A program made the translations under genes and the position numbers. This document shows, piece by piece, positions 63,275 through 64,000 of a stretch of DNA of 64,000 bases (positions are counted from its first letter, which is position 1; each line of letters starts with the position of its first letter). A model generated the notes under the pieces. It searched no databases, was not told the DNA's origin, and saw nothing but the letters and a program-made list of their open reading frames with translations. Where the stretch lies: contig DATCYP010000095.1 of the NCBI GenBank assembly GCA_036526375.1, positions 2,133-66,132 of the forward strand. The letters are read 5' to 3'. The DNA is from Gaiellaceae bacterium. GTDB lineage: Bacteria > Actinomycetota > Thermoleophilia > Gaiellales > Gaiellaceae.

Positions 63275-64000
63275 ATGGACGTCCCCTACTGGCTGGAGGA
63301 GCCCGGCCCCGCCCGGTCCGAGACATCGGTCGACGGACGCGTCGACGTCGCGATCGTCGGCGCCGGCGTCACGGGCTGCTCGGCCGCGCGCCGCCTCGCC
63401 GAGGCCGGCCTTCGCGTTCGCGTGCACGACGCGCGCGGGATCGCCGAGGGCGCGAGCGGACGCAACGGCGGCTTCGCGCTCGGCGGAGGCGCCGCCCGCT
63501 ACGACGTCGCCCGCGACACCTACGGCGCGGACAGGGCCGCGTCGTATTGGAGCTGGACACGTGACGCGCTCGACCGGCTCGCGGAGCTCGCCGGAGACGC
63601 GCTGCGGCGAACCGGGAGCTACCGCCTCGCCGCCGACGAGGAGGAGCGGGAGGGCATCCGGCTCGAGTACGAGGCGCTGCGCGAGGACGGCTTCGAGGCC
63701 GAGTGGCTCGACGACGTCCCGGGGGGCGCGGCGGGCCGCTTCCGCGGCGCGATCCTCCATCCCCACGACGGCTCGATCCAGCCGGCGCGCTTCGTCCGCC
63801 GTCTGGCCGCTCTCGCCGCGGCGGCGGGCGCCGAGCTCCGCGAGCACGACCCGGTCGAGGACGTCGACGCACTCGACGCCGACCGCGTCATCGTGGCGAC
63901 GGACGGCTACGGGCACGGCCTCGTCGCGGAGCTCGCCGACCTGATCTGGCCGACCCGTGGCCAGGTGGTCGCGAGCGAGCCGATCGACCGTGTGCTCTAC
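63275..64000 (+). CDS. FAD-dependent oxidoreductase (DAO family), 3' end outside window
   Basis: VDVAIVGAGVTGCSAARRLAEAG dinucleotide fold and GRNGG. Frame open to the window edge (not in ORF track). Confidence 0.75.
   Translation, partial: MDVPYWLEEPGPARSETSVDGRVDVAIVGAGVTGCSAARRLAEAGLRVRVHDARGIAEGASGRNGGFALGGGAARYDVARDTYGADRAASYWSWTRDALDRLAELAGDALRRTGSYRLAADEEEREGIRLEYEALREDGFEAEWLDDVPGGAAGRFRGAILHPHDGSIQPARFVRRLAALAAAAGAELREHDPVEDVDALDADRVIVATDGYGHGLVAELADLIWPTRGQVVASEPIDRVLY

Noticed and set aside
1-64000. CRISPR arrays, tRNA/rRNA genes, IS elements, integrases, prophage genes
   Set aside because: I saw no regularly spaced direct repeats, no T-loop (GGTTCGA-type) cloverleaf candidates, and no transposase or integrase-like translations. 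The only tandem repeat is the 42-bp duplication inside lepB.

Overview
A compact, very GC-rich core-chromosome segment (about 70% G+C by eye, strong third-position GC bias). Gene order looks Actinomycetota-like; the deep-branching lineage is my inference only. Nearly every base is coding. The conserved blocks are: (1) trpS <> aroF-aroA-cmk-plsC-der-gpsA-metK. (2) A DtxR-family regulator <> ZIP transporter. (3) priA. (4) def-fmt-(SAM MTase)-rsmB-rpe-ribD-ribE-ribBA-ribH, then rpmB. (5) asp23-DAK2/FakA-like-(receiver)-DegV-(P-loop NTPase)-recG-rsmD-coaD. (6) yceD, rpmF-plsX-acpP-rnc-(SAM MTase)-smc. (7) ftsY. (8) ffh-rpsP-KH-(phosphoesterase)-rimM-trmD-lepB-rplS-rnhB-yraN-(DNA MTase)-comM-dprA. 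I found no rRNA, tRNA, CRISPR array, transposase or integrase. About 16 gene pairs overlap by 4 nt (ATGA/GTGA). The points most worth a second look are: (a) metK has an in-frame TAG exactly at its invariant Lys codon. (b) A 5.3-kb insertion sits between smc and ftsY, carrying a stand-alone LanC-like protein, an MBL-fold protein and three tandem M29 aminopeptidase paralogs. (c) A CheY-like receiver lies between the fatty-acid-kinase-type DAK2 and DegV genes. (d) A TANNNT hexamer recurs 6-9 nt before start codons (a leaderless-type architecture), often reusing the upstream TAG/TAA stop codon or sharing its TA with a divergent partner. (e) Several other lesions or oddities: a frameshifted P-loop gene, rnc with no canonical start codon, TrpRS with LMSTT in place of KMSKS, a 5'-truncated phosphodiesterase remnant, and acidic E/P/A tails on RibH, L19 and LepB. 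The number of gene lesions means sequence or assembly errors must be excluded first. All calls rest on reading the translations and sequence by eye; no database search was run.
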